Shown here in pieces: positions 17,814 to 27,280 of a stretch of 64,000 nt of DNA. The stretch lies in assembly GCA_022711395.1 (NCBI GenBank), contig JAKLFA010000002.1:131864-195863 (forward strand), given 5' to 3'. A model generated the notes under the pieces. The model worked only from the letters and a program-made list of their open reading frames with translations. It ran no database searches and was not told where the DNA came from. This DNA comes from Candidatus Omnitrophota bacterium. GTDB taxonomy: Bacteria > Omnitrophota > Gorgyraeia > Zapsychrales > JANLHA01. The position numbers and the translations under genes were made by a program. How positions within the stretch are numbered: position 1 is the first letter of the stretch; the number at the start of each line of letters is the position of its first letter.

Positions 17814-19694
17814 TCATGGTTGGATATCGGATTTTAAATGTTCAACGGATTCCTTCAGCAAGCGGCAATACATGTCAAAACCTACTGCGGCGATGTAACC
17901 GCTTTGCTGCTTTCCTAAAAGGTTTCCGGCCCCCCGGATCTGAAGGTCTTCAAAGGCGATCTGAAAGCCGGCGCCCAGTTCGCTGTATTTTTCCAAGGCA
18001 TTGAGGCGCGTTTGGGACCGGTAGCTTAAGACTTTTTTGGGCGGGACAATAAAGTAAGCGTAAGCCTGGTTGGTGAAACGTCCCACCCGTCCTCTCAATT
18101 GGTGCAGGTCCGCCAGCCCAAAACGGTCAGCCCGGTTTATGATCAGCGTATTCGCGTTGGGGATATCGATCCCCGATTCAATGATCGTTGTGCAGACCAG
18201 GATGTCGATCTGATTTTTCAAAAATTTTAGCATAATTTCTTCCAAAAGTCTCGGAGGCATTTGTCCATGACCGATCGCGATCCGCGCCTGGGGAAACAGC
18301 TTCTGGAGCTTGACCGCCAATCTTTCAATGTCCTGAACGCGGTTGTGCAGAAAAAAGACCTGGCCTTTGCGGTCGAGTTCCCGTTTAATGGCCTGGTGTA
18401 TGATCGGCTCATCGTATTCAACGATCTCGGTCACGACCGGGACACGGTTTTGTGGAGGCGTTGAGATTACGCTCATGTCTTTGGCCCCGGAAAGGGCCAT
18501 ATAAAGCGTGCGGGGAATCGGCGTCGCCGTCATGGTCAGGACGTCAGCCAGCACGCGAAGGTGTTTAAGCTTCTCTTTGGCCTTGACGCCGAAGCGCTGT
18601 TCTTCATCAATAATGATCAGCCCGAGGTCTTTGAATGAGACATCTTTTGACAGCAGGCGGTGTGTTCCGATCGCGATATCAATGCTTCCATCGCTGAGTC
18701 CGGCGATGGTCTGCGCCTGTTCTTTTTTAGTGCGAAAACGGCTGAGCATGGCGATCTTGACAGGGAACTGTTTCATGCGGTCGGTGAAATTATAGAAATG
18801 CTGCTCTGCCAGGATCGTCGTGGGGACAAGGATCGCGACCTGCTTGTGGTCCATCACGGCTTTGAACGCAGCCCGCAAGGCCACTTCGGTCTTGCCGAAT
18901 CCGACATCGCCGCAAAGCAGGCGGTCCATGGGGGATTCTGATTCCATGTCCGTTTTGACATGCTCGATCGCCTGGACCTGGTCAGGTGTTTCTTCGAACG
19001 GGAATTGGTGTTCAAATTCTTTCTGCCAGTCGCTGTCCTGCGAAAACCGGAAACCTTTCAGGCTGGCCCGCAAAGCCTGCACCCGCAGAAGCTCCAGGGC
19101 CAGGCGTTCCACGCTTTTCTGGATCCGGTTGCGCGTGCTTTGCCATTCCTTTGTGCCGAGCTTATGGGTCTGGGGCGGTTTTTTTGAAAACCCGATATAT
19201 TTCTGGATCAAATGGATGTCGTGCGCCGGGACAAAAAGTTTGTCGCCCTCCCTGTATTCGATCACGAGGTGCTCTTTCATCTCGTTTTTCACCTCAACGG
19301 GCGTGATCCCCAGGTATCGGCCGATCCCGTGATTGGCGTGAACAATGTAGTCGCCTTGTTCGATATCCACAAAGTTATTAAGCGGCATCTCCACATCGAA
19401 CGGCTGAAGGCTTGGTTTTTTACGGGGAAGAACGATCACGATCTGGTGATGAAGGATCGGCTTGTCAGAACGCATGTTCAGGCTTTCGATCCGTTCAATG
19501 CGGTCGTATTCAAAAACGATACGGATGGGATTCTGAAAACGAACGGGAAAGATATCCAGGACCTCTCCGCGCTGGGAGAAATCCCCTTCGGCGTTAAGCT
19601 GGCGCACTTTATCATATTTGAACGCCACCAGTTGGCGCACGATCTTTTCGGGAGTGATGGTCTGGCCGACGAAGATTTTGAATGATTGGAACAT
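17814..19694 (-). CDS. mfd: Transcription-repair coupling factor Mfd, minimal form of about 626 aa. Has D3, the D4 RNA-polymerase-interacting domain and the D5/D6 translocase. Lacks the N-terminal UvrB-homology module D1a-D2-D1b and the C-terminal D7
   Basis: GEVLDIFP...IRIVFEYDRIERI (D3); GDYIVHANHGIGRYLGI (D4); DEEQRFGV and helicase motifs; ends ...LLKESVEHLKSDIQP right after D6. Only 124 bp separate the start from the secDF stop. The track's start at 19712 is a GTG; the first ATG is at 19692-19694. Confidence 0.8.
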   Translation of the reverse strand: MFQSFKIFVGQTITPEKIVRQLVAFKYDKVRQLNAEGDFSQRGEVLDIFPVRFQNPIRIVFEYDRIERIESLNMRSDKPILHHQIVIVLPRKKPSLQPFDVEMPLNNFVDIEQGDYIVHANHGIGRYLGITPVEVKNEMKEHLVIEYREGDKLFVPAHDIHLIQKYIGFSKKPPQTHKLGTKEWQSTRNRIQKSVERLALELLRVQALRASLKGFRFSQDSDWQKEFEHQFPFEETPDQVQAIEHVKTDMESESPMDRLLCGDVGFGKTEVALRAAFKAVMDHKQVAILVPTTILAEQHFYNFTDRMKQFPVKIAMLSRFRTKKEQAQTIAGLSDGSIDIAIGTHRLLSKDVSFKDLGLIIIDEEQRFGVKAKEKLKHLRVLADVLTMTATPIPRTLYMALSGAKDMSVISTPPQNRVPVVTEIVEYDEPIIHQAIKRELDRKGQVFFLHNRVQDIERLAVKLQKLFPQARIAIGHGQMPPRLLEEIMLKFLKNQIDILVCTTIIESGIDIPNANTLIINRADRFGLADLHQLRGRVGRFTNQAYAYFIVPPKKVLSYRSQTRLNALEKYSELGAGFQIAFEDLQIRGAGNLLGKQQSGYIAAVGFDMYCRLLKESVEHLKSDIQP

Positions 19695-19699
19695 ACAAA

Positions 19700-19800
19700 G
19701 GCACTGCGACACTATGGCACTGCGACACCAAGAAAAAAATTTAAATCGGCCTATATATGTTCAGCACAGAAAATTCACGGGTCGTGCTTCGGTCTTTTAG
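19700..19800. repeat. Repeat-rich intergenic region between secDF and mfd: ggcactgcgacac twice, then agtgcc/agtgtc half-sites repeated
   Basis: ggcactgcgacac tat ggcactgcgacac ... tagtgccttagtgtcatagtgccacagtgtc. Confidence 0.5.
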
Positions 19801-19836
19801 TGCCTTAGTGTCATAGTGCCACAGTGTCTTTGTTTT

Positions 19837-22029
19837 TTATTTCTTCTTTTTCTCCCATGCCAAAACCAGCGGAGCGGCAATGAAAATGGTCGAATATGTT
19901 CCGGCCACAAAGCCAACGAGCAGACACAGCGAGAAAGTGTGAAGAAGTTCCCCTCCCTTTAGAAAAAGGCACACGACCACGATCAGGGTCGTGAGGGTTG
20001 TCAGGATCGTGCGGCTTAAGGTCTGGTTAATGCTGGTGTTGATGATTTCTTTCAGCGTTGAACGGCGCATGAGATTTGTGTTCTCCCGGACACGGTCGTA
20101 GATCACGATCGTATCGTTGATCGAATAACCGGCGATGGTCAACAGGGCCGTGATCGTCAGAAGATCGACCTGACCGCCCATCCAGGTGACAACGCCAAGG
20201 GTAATAATGACGTCATGCAAAAGGGCGATGACCCCGGCGCTGGCGAAATCAAAGTGGTGGAAACGGAATCCCACGTAGATCAGGATTCCGCCCATTGCGA
20301 ATATGACAGCCAGGATCGCTTTTTTTCTCAATTCCTTTCCGACCACAGGGCCGACCTTCTCGATGCGCAGAACGGTGTAGGGATTGTCTGACATTTGGGA
20401 TTTGAAAATGGCAATGGTCTGGGCCTCTTTGTCCTGGGAGGTCCGGATGATAACGGTTTCCGGTTTTTCCGGGATCTGCTGAATGACGGCGTCCCCCATC
20501 CCGGCTCCGGCGAAATGCTGGCGGAGAACAGCCGTATCGACCGGTTTTTCAAAACGGTATTCCTGGACCTGGCCTCCGGCGAAATCGATCCCGTAGACCT
20601 TATCCTGATTTTTGAAAAAGTAGGTCAAGCTGGCGATGATGATGATGAGAGATACAGCTATGCAAAAGTTGCGTTTGTTGATGAAATTGATGTTCGTCTT
20701 TGTGAATATTTTCATCATCGGGAGCTTCTTGATCCATCCCAGCTCCAGCAGCAGCAGGAAAATGGTCCGTGTGACAAAAAGCGCGGTGAATAAACTTGCC
20801 AAAAGGCCGATGGAAAGCGTGACCGCGAATCCCTTGATCGGCCCGGATCCGAATTGAAAAAGGATGAACGCGGCGATCAGGGTCGTCAGGTTCGAGTCAA
20901 TGATCGCGGAAAAGGCTTTGTTGAACCCTCTTGAAACAGCGGCATTGAGCGGCGTTCCGTTCTCAAGCTCTTCCCGGATCCGTTCATTGATAAGCACGTT
21001 GGCGTCCACCGCCATGCCCAGCGTGAGGATGATGCCGGCGATGCCCGGTAAGGTCAGAGTTGCCGGCGCGCCAAAGAGAAACCGCAACGAACCCATGATC
21101 CCTAAGATCAGGATGAGGTTCATGGCCAAGGCAAGGTTTGTGATGATGCCCGCGGTCCGATAATAAATAAGAACGAAAAGCATGAGCAGCACACCACCGG
21201 CGAGCGTGGCATAAAGACCGGATTGAATGGATTCCTGCCCTAAGAGCGGTCCAACGGTGCGGTCTTCCTCAATGTGCATCGGTGCCGGCAAGGACCCTGA
21301 ACGCAGGGCCAGCGCCAGCAAAGACGCCTCTTCTTCGGTGAAGGACCCCTGGATCACGGCGCTGCCGGAAAGGATCGGTTCATTGATATTGGGCGCGGAT
21401 TGGATCACTCCGTCGATAATGATCGCCAACTGTTGATTGACATGGGCTCGCGTGACTTCCGCGAACTGTTTTGCCCCTGCTGCTTTGAAACTGAGCTTGA
21501 CGATCGGTTGGCCAAAGGCCTGGGTATTATAATCAATGCTCGCGTTGGCGATCTCATCGCCTTTGAGGAGCGTTTTTCCAACGAGCAATTTTTGATTTTT
21601 GTTTTTGACGCTGAGATAGCGGTATCCGGCCGGAATGTTCCCTTCGATCGCCTGCTTGTTCATTTCCAGCGATGTGTCGACCAGCGCGAATTCCAGTTGG
21701 GCGACCTTTCCGATCAGATCAAGAGCCCGGTTGCGGTCCGTGATGCCGGGAAGCTGGATGATGATCTGGTCCTCTCCCTGGCGTTGGATGACCGGTTCAG
21801 CGACGCCCAGACTGTCAATGCGGTTGCGCAGGATCTCAATGGCGCGTTCAACGGCGTCCTGGCGGGCATTTTCGTCAAGGGTCTCGGTCTCGACCTTGAG
21901 GATCAGGTGCATCCCGCCTTTTAGGTCCAGGCCAAGGTTGATGCGCTTTTCGACCGGAAACGCGAAAAACAGCATGGTGGCCAGGACAGCGAGAACGGTT
22001 AAGATACGGATATTCAGGTTTTTGCTCAT
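19837..22029 (-). CDS. secDF: Protein translocase subunit SecDF (fused)
   Basis: About 730 aa from the internal Met MSKNLNIRILTVLAVL. The longer track ORF would overlap yajC. Confidence 0.85.
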   Translation of the reverse strand: MSKNLNIRILTVLAVLATMLFFAFPVEKRINLGLDLKGGMHLILKVETETLDENARQDAVERAIEILRNRIDSLGVAEPVIQRQGEDQIIIQLPGITDRNRALDLIGKVAQLEFALVDTSLEMNKQAIEGNIPAGYRYLSVKNKNQKLLVGKTLLKGDEIANASIDYNTQAFGQPIVKLSFKAAGAKQFAEVTRAHVNQQLAIIIDGVIQSAPNINEPILSGSAVIQGSFTEEEASLLALALRSGSLPAPMHIEEDRTVGPLLGQESIQSGLYATLAGGVLLMLFVLIYYRTAGIITNLALAMNLILILGIMGSLRFLFGAPATLTLPGIAGIILTLGMAVDANVLINERIREELENGTPLNAAVSRGFNKAFSAIIDSNLTTLIAAFILFQFGSGPIKGFAVTLSIGLLASLFTALFVTRTIFLLLLELGWIKKLPMMKIFTKTNINFINKRNFCIAVSLIIIIASLTYFFKNQDKVYGIDFAGGQVQEYRFEKPVDTAVLRQHFAGAGMGDAVIQQIPEKPETVIIRTSQDKEAQTIAIFKSQMSDNPYTVLRIEKVGPVVGKELRKKAILAVIFAMGGILIYVGFRFHHFDFASAGVIALLHDVIITLGVVTWMGGQVDLLTITALLTIAGYSINDTIVIYDRVRENTNLMRRSTLKEIINTSINQTLSRTILTTLTTLIVVVCLFLKGGELLHTFSLCLLVGFVAGTYSTIFIAAPLVLAWEKKKK

Positions 22030-22057
22030 GCTCGTCTTCTCTCCTCTTTCTACAAGA

Positions 22058-22339
22058 TCAGTTTTGTGGGTCCTTGATCGTTGAAATCGATTCTTTATCG
22101 AATTCGATGCGGACATTGTCATCCACTCGAAGGACAATGGTCTTTTCTTTGATCTGTACGACTGTGCCGTAGATGCCTCCGGCGGTCACGACACGGTCGT
22201 TCTTCTGCAGCGCGTCAATACGCTTTTTGTGTTCCTGCTGTTTCTTTTTTTCCGGGCGGATCACCAGGATCTGGAACATCAAGAACATGAAAAGCAACGG
22301 GACTGCTAATTGAAAAAAAGCGTTCTGTCCTGCTGGCAT
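22058..22339 (-). CDS. yajC: Preprotein translocase subunit YajC
   Basis: FQLAVPLLFMFLMFQILVIRPEKKKQQEH...RIDALQKNDRVVTAGGIYGTV. Confidence 0.8.
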   Translation of the reverse strand: MPAGQNAFFQLAVPLLFMFLMFQILVIRPEKKKQQEHKKRIDALQKNDRVVTAGGIYGTVVQIKEKTIVLRVDDNVRIEFDKESISTIKDPQN

Positions 22340-22378
22340 CGAAGAGCCTTTCGTTTTTTTAAATTAACAACTTTGCGT

Positions 22379-22630
22379 TTATTTGGCTTTTTTGGCCTTC
22401 TTAACAAGCGAACGGACGGTGTCGCTCATCTGCGCGCCTTTTGCCACCCAAGCATCGATCTTTTCGATGTTCAGGTCAGAAACGGCCGGTTTCTGTGAGG
22501 GATCATAAAATCCCAAAAGGTCCAGGATGCGGCCTTGGCGTGTGATGTTGCGCGGGATCGCGACAACGCGGTAATTATAACGGCTTTTTGCTTTTGAATC
22601 TGATCTTTGTAAGCGAATACGGACTTCCAT
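22379..22630 (-). CDS. rpsP: 30S ribosomal protein S16
   Basis: MEVRIRLQRSDSKAKSRYNYRVVAIPRNITRQGRILDLLGFYDP. Confidence 0.9.
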   Translation of the reverse strand: MEVRIRLQRSDSKAKSRYNYRVVAIPRNITRQGRILDLLGFYDPSQKPAVSDLNIEKIDAWVAKGAQMSDTVRSLVKKAKKAK

Positions 22631-22644
22631 TGAATAAACCTCCC

Positions 22645-24183
22645 TTATTTGGTTTTGTGTTTTTTACGTTTTGAGTGGTGGGACGAAGATTGAGCCTGTT
22701 CGATCGCCACCATTTGAGCCCGTGCTTTATTGACGGTCTCTTGATATTCGGTTTTTGGGTTTGAATCCGCGACAATGCCTGCCCCTGCCTGGATATAGGC
22801 GCGGCCGTCAACGACAACGATCGTGCGGATGGTGATGCATGAATCCAGATTTCCGGAAAAGCTGAAGTAGCCGATGCATCCGCCATAAGGCCCGCGGGCC
22901 GTCGGTTCCAGCTCATCAATGATCTCTATGGCGCGGATCTTCGGGGCTCCCGAAAGCGTTCCGGCCGGGAACGCCGCCTGAAGCACATCCAGCGCGTCGT
23001 GCTCTTTTTTGAGTTTTCCGCGGACACTTGAGACGATGTGCATGACATGGGAATATCGCTCAACGGTCATGAATTCAGGAACTTGAACGCTGCCCTCTTC
23101 GCAGACGCGGCCGAGGTCATTGCGGCCGAGGTCGACCAGCATGACATGTTCGGCCCGCTCTTTTGGGTCAGCGAGCAGGTCAGTGGCCAACTGGGTGTCC
23201 TGGACCTCATCTTTGCCGCGCGGCCGTGTTCCGGCGATCGGGCGGGTTTCAACGATGCCGTCTTCACACCGCACCAGCAGCTCCGGCGATGATCCAACGA
23301 TCTGGACATTCTTGAAATTCAGGAAATACATGTATGGTGACGGGTTTAATGCTCTTAAAGCCCGGTAGACATGGATGGGATCGGTCTTGAGTTTCGTTTC
23401 AAACCGTTGGGACAGGACGGCTTGAATGATCTCGCCTTTATAGATCTCTTTTTTCGCCCGGCTGACCATGCGTTTATAGGTCGCCTCATCCATGTTGGAA
23501 CGGAAAGCCATTTTTCGTGAAGACGTCCGAGGCGCCGGGTCCACCGGGACGTTCAATGGCTTGCGAAGGTCGCTGATGATCCGGTCAATGTGCTGACAGG
23601 CCAGGATGTAATTTTTTAACTTTTGCGCTTTTGAAGCGCCTTCCTGATTGAACACGCAGCTAACGATCTTGATCTTGTGGTTGATGTGGTCGAAAATGAT
23701 CAGATCTTGCGCCAGGATCAAAAGGGCTTCCGGCAGTCCGGTATCATCGTTCGGCTGATGGGGAAGGTGTTCGAAAGACCGGACCGTATCGTAGCCGATG
23801 TATCCGACCAGCCCGCCGCAAAAGCGCGGCAGCCCGGGGACCTCGACGAACGAATATTGGGCCATGATGCTGCGTATGATCGGTAAAGGCGAACCGGCGT
23901 CCTTGAACGTGTCGGTTTTGGATGGGCCGTGCAAATGGCGCACGGTCACGCAACCGTCCTTGGCTTCGATCACGAGCCGGGGATCGCGCGCCAAAAACGA
24001 ATAGCGGGCGACCTTCTCCTCTCCTTCAACGGATTCCAGTAAGAACGAGTAGTCGGCATTTTTCGCGATCTTGAAATAGGTAGAGACCGGCGTGTCCAGA
24101 TCCGCCCACACCTCCTGATAGACGGGAATCAGGTTTCCTTTGGAACACAACTTCAGATAATCATCTTTTGGCGGATAGGTCAT
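22645..24183 (-). CDS. trpE: Chorismate-utilising enzyme, anthranilate synthase component I family (TrpE or PabB-like)
   Basis: [33 protein letters not shown]...RGPYGG. 512 aa. No trpG nearby. Confidence 0.6.
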   Translation of the reverse strand: MTYPPKDDYLKLCSKGNLIPVYQEVWADLDTPVSTYFKIAKNADYSFLLESVEGEEKVARYSFLARDPRLVIEAKDGCVTVRHLHGPSKTDTFKDAGSPLPIIRSIMAQYSFVEVPGLPRFCGGLVGYIGYDTVRSFEHLPHQPNDDTGLPEALLILAQDLIIFDHINHKIKIVSCVFNQEGASKAQKLKNYILACQHIDRIISDLRKPLNVPVDPAPRTSSRKMAFRSNMDEATYKRMVSRAKKEIYKGEIIQAVLSQRFETKLKTDPIHVYRALRALNPSPYMYFLNFKNVQIVGSSPELLVRCEDGIVETRPIAGTRPRGKDEVQDTQLATDLLADPKERAEHVMLVDLGRNDLGRVCEEGSVQVPEFMTVERYSHVMHIVSSVRGKLKKEHDALDVLQAAFPAGTLSGAPKIRAIEIIDELEPTARGPYGGCIGYFSFSGNLDSCITIRTIVVVDGRAYIQAGAGIVADSNPKTEYQETVNKARAQMVAIEQAQSSSHHSKRKKHKTK

Positions 24184-24554
24184 GATGTTTTGATGCCCTC
24201 GATCGTTCGATAAAAGCAGCTCTTTTTAAATGTGTGGCAGGCGGCTCCGACCTGTTTGACCGTTAAAAGCAAGGTATCACAATCACAGTCATAACGGATC
24301 TCTTTGACGTATTGAAAATGCCCGGATGTCATGCCCTTGATCCAGAACTCCTGACGGGAACGGGACCAGTAGGCGGCTTTGCCTTCCTTGATCGTCGCTT
24401 TGAGCGAATCCAGGTTCATATAGGCCATCATCAGGACCTCTTTTGTTTTGTAATCCTGAACGATGGCCGGGATCAATCCGTCCGAATTAAAACGCAGCTT
24501 GCTCAGCGTGCGTTTGGTGATCTTCAATGTTTCAAGCTTTTGCTTTGCTGTCAT
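24180..24554 (-). CDS. hisI: Phosphoribosyl-AMP cyclohydrolase (monofunctional)
   Basis: [10 protein letters not shown]...EVLMMAYMN...SRQEFWIKG...CDCDTLLL. Confidence 0.85.
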   Translation of the reverse strand: MTAKQKLETLKITKRTLSKLRFNSDGLIPAIVQDYKTKEVLMMAYMNLDSLKATIKEGKAAYWSRSRQEFWIKGMTSGHFQYVKEIRYDCDCDTLLLTVKQVGAACHTFKKSCFYRTIEGIKTS

Positions 24555-25309
24555 GATCGGACCTCAATTCCTTTCGCTTTGAGATGACGTTTAACGTCTG
24601 AAACCGTCATTTCTCCGTAATGAAACACGGACGCAGCCAATGCGGCATCCGCCTGTGTCCTTAAGAAAACATCCGAAAAATGTTCAAATTTCCCCGCTCC
24701 CCCGGAGGCGATGACCGGGATGCGCACCGCGTGGCAGACGGCATCCGTCAGGGCCAGGTCATAACCATCCTTTGTACCATCGGCATCCATACTGGTCAAA
24801 AGGATCTCGCCGGCGCCAAGCCTTTCAACGGTCTTCACCCATTCGATGGCGTCCTTGCCGGTGTCAATGCGTCCGCCGTGGATATAAACGTTCCATCGAG
24901 AGGAACCGCTGCGTTTGGCATCGACAGCGACCACAATGCACTGGCTTCCGAAACGCTGGGATGCCTCGCTGATCAGCTGCGGGTCTTTGACCGCCGCTGA
25001 ATTGATGGATACTTTATCCGCCCCAGCGTTGAGAAGTTCACGGATATCCTCGACCGACCGGATCCCTCCGCCGACCGTAAGCGGCATGAAGACCTGTTCC
25101 GCGGTCGCCTTCACCACATCCAAAAAAATATTCCTTTGCTCATGGCTCGCCGTAATATCCAGAAAGACGATCTCATCGGCCTTTGCCTCATCATATTTTT
25201 TGGCGATCTCAACGGGATCCCCGGCATCGCGCAATTGAACGAAATTCACGCCCTTGACCACGCGGCCGTTTTTCACATCCAGGCATGGGATGATGCGCTT
25301 GGTCAACAT
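24551..25309 (-). CDS. hisF: Imidazole glycerol phosphate synthase cyclase subunit
   Basis: [16 protein letters not shown]...LTVGGGIRS...SINSAAV. Confidence 0.9.
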   Translation of the reverse strand: MLTKRIIPCLDVKNGRVVKGVNFVQLRDAGDPVEIAKKYDEAKADEIVFLDITASHEQRNIFLDVVKATAEQVFMPLTVGGGIRSVEDIRELLNAGADKVSINSAAVKDPQLISEASQRFGSQCIVVAVDAKRSGSSRWNVYIHGGRIDTGKDAIEWVKTVERLGAGEILLTSMDADGTKDGYDLALTDAVCHAVRIPVIASGGAGKFEHFSDVFLRTQADAALAASVFHYGEMTVSDVKRHLKAKGIEVRS

Positions 25310-26022
25310 AAGCTTAAGGCCTCTTTCAGGTCCAAGGTTCCTTCATATAAAGCCCTCCCGGTGATCGCGCCGTATAATCCTTCCGGTTCAAGCTGAAGGA
25401 GTTTTTTTATGTCATCAATATTCGAGATCCCTCCGGAAGCGATCACATCGATCGAAACCGCCCGCAAGACCTTTTTTAGCGCTTCGATGTTCGGCCCGGT
25501 CAGCATCCCGTCGCGGGCGATATCGGTATAGATCAGGCAGCGCAATCCGTCATGCTCGAGCTGTTTAGCGAAAGCCACCGCGTCAAGGTCGGTCTGTTCG
25601 GTCCAACCGAGCTTTGTGACCTTGCCGTTAGAGGCATCGATGCTGACGGCGATATGATCCGGCCACTGGTGCAGCATGGAACGCAATGCCAGGGGGTCGG
25701 TGATCGCGCGGGTCCCGAAAATGACGCGCTGGATACCGATCTCCAAAAGCCGGGCCACGTCCTCTTCCGTACGGATGCCCCCCCCAACCTCAATGGGGAT
25801 CTGCACGGAGCCGGCGATCTGCTTGATTGCATCCCAGTTCTTGACCGAGCCGCTTTGTGCGCCGTCCAGGTCTACGACATGGAGCCATTGGGCTCCTTCC
25901 TGTTCCCAGCGTTGTGCCACGCTGGAAGGGTCGCTGCTGTATTCGGTCACTTGATCGAACTTGCCCTGTTTTAGGCGGACAACATTGCCTTTTTGAATAT
26001 CAATAGCTGGGAAAATGATCAT
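25303..26022 (-). CDS. hisA: 1-(5-phosphoribosyl)-5-[(5-phosphoribosylamino)methylideneamino]imidazole-4-carboxamide isomerase
   Basis: [17 protein letters not shown]...VVDLDGA...GGGIRT. Confidence 0.9.
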   Translation of the reverse strand: MIIFPAIDIQKGNVVRLKQGKFDQVTEYSSDPSSVAQRWEQEGAQWLHVVDLDGAQSGSVKNWDAIKQIAGSVQIPIEVGGGIRTEEDVARLLEIGIQRVIFGTRAITDPLALRSMLHQWPDHIAVSIDASNGKVTKLGWTEQTDLDAVAFAKQLEHDGLRCLIYTDIARDGMLTGPNIEALKKVLRAVSIDVIASGGISNIDDIKKLLQLEPEGLYGAITGRALYEGTLDLKEALSLC

Positions 26023-26039
26023 CTATTTAGGACGCCTTG

Positions 26040-26642
26040 CTATTTTAAGTTAATGAAATTTTCCAAAATCTTTAATCCGGCGGTCTGGCTCTTTTCCGGG
26101 TGGAACTGGACCGCAAAAAGATTGTCCTTCGCGACCGCTGAGCAGTAGTCGGTCCCGTATTGCGTCGTCGAAGCTATTGCGCGATCATCCGCCGGTTTGA
26201 CATAGAACGAGTGACAGAAATACACGTATTCTCCGTTTTTGATGCCGTTCCATAGGGCGCAAGGGCGCAATTGAAGCTGGTTCCATCCCATCTGGGGGAC
26301 TTTGACCGAATCGCTGAACCGTTCGACCGTTCCTTTTAAAATGCCCAGGCCTTCCGTCGTACCGTATTCAAAGCTTTTTTCAAAAAGAAGCTGAAAACCC
26401 AGACAGATGCCCAAAAAAGGTTTTCCCATTTTAACAGTATCTTTGACGGGTTCAATCATTTTTAATGAACGCAGCTTTTCCATGGCCGGAGCGATGGCCC
26501 CGACCCCGGGAAGGACCACATGGGTCGCTGATCGAATATCCAAAATGGACTGGGTGATGCGGCAATCCCTGGCGCCTGCCTGCTCGAGGGCCTTTTGGAC
26601 CGAACGCAAATTTCCCATTCCGTAGTCGATGATCGCGATCAT
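26040..26642 (-). CDS. hisH: Imidazole glycerol phosphate synthase glutaminase subunit
   Basis: MIAIIDYGMGNLRSV...LPGVGA...GICLGFQLL. Confidence 0.9.
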   Translation of the reverse strand: MIAIIDYGMGNLRSVQKALEQAGARDCRITQSILDIRSATHVVLPGVGAIAPAMEKLRSLKMIEPVKDTVKMGKPFLGICLGFQLLFEKSFEYGTTEGLGILKGTVERFSDSVKVPQMGWNQLQLRPCALWNGIKNGEYVYFCHSFYVKPADDRAIASTTQYGTDYCSAVAKDNLFAVQFHPEKSQTAGLKILENFINLK

Positions 26643-26652
26643 TTCTTATCCG

Positions 26653-27261
26653 TTAATCAATGATCCCCTTGGTCGAGGGGACGTTGCCTTTCCGTTTGGG
26701 GTTGATGCTCGTGGCCTGTTCGAGCGCTAATCCCAGGGATTTAAACACAGTTTCAAGGTTCGTATGCAGGTCATCGCTGGCGTTCTTGACCTCCACATAG
26801 ATCGTCGCATCCAGGCTGTGAGCGAAAGACTCCAAAAAATGTTCGACATAGTTTGCTTTATAGCCTTCCTGTTCCAGCTGGTCCTTTCCGCCCAGGTCCA
26901 GCGTCAGATATCCGCGTCCGCTGATATCGACCACGGAATGGCCGATGGTCGATTCCATGGGGGCGAACCCTGAACCGAAGCGCCGGATCCCCTCTTTTTC
27001 TCCCAAGGCCTTTTTAAAGATCTTTCCCAGCACGATGCCGATATCTTCGTTGGTATGGTGAGGGTCGATCTCAAGGTCCGCCTTTTGGACTTCCAGATCC
27101 AGGTCAAAACATCCATGAAAGGCGAACAGTTCAAGCATGTGATCAAGAAACCCGATCTGCGTTTTGATGCGCGTTTTTCCGGTTCCGTCGATATTCAGCA
27201 CGGCCCGGATCTCGGTCTCTTTGCTCTTGCGTTCCAATTCTGCTGTGCGTGCGTTCTGCAT
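26653..27261 (-). CDS. hisB: Imidazoleglycerol-phosphate dehydratase
   Basis: RKSKETEIRAVLNIDGTG...DPHHTNEDIGIVLG...HSVVDISGR. Start at an internal Met. Confidence 0.85.
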   Translation of the reverse strand: MQNARTAELERKSKETEIRAVLNIDGTGKTRIKTQIGFLDHMLELFAFHGCFDLDLEVQKADLEIDPHHTNEDIGIVLGKIFKKALGEKEGIRRFGSGFAPMESTIGHSVVDISGRGYLTLDLGGKDQLEQEGYKANYVEHFLESFAHSLDATIYVEVKNASDDLHTNLETVFKSLGLALEQATSINPKRKGNVPSTKGIID

Positions 27262-27280
27262 CTGGGGTCTCCCTTTGCGT

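Noticed and set aside
19713-19836. A hidden N-terminal Mfd exon, or a frameshifted D1-D2 region upstream of the short mfd
   Set aside because: Only 124 bp separate mfd from the secDF stop. About 1.4 kb of coding sequence could not fit.
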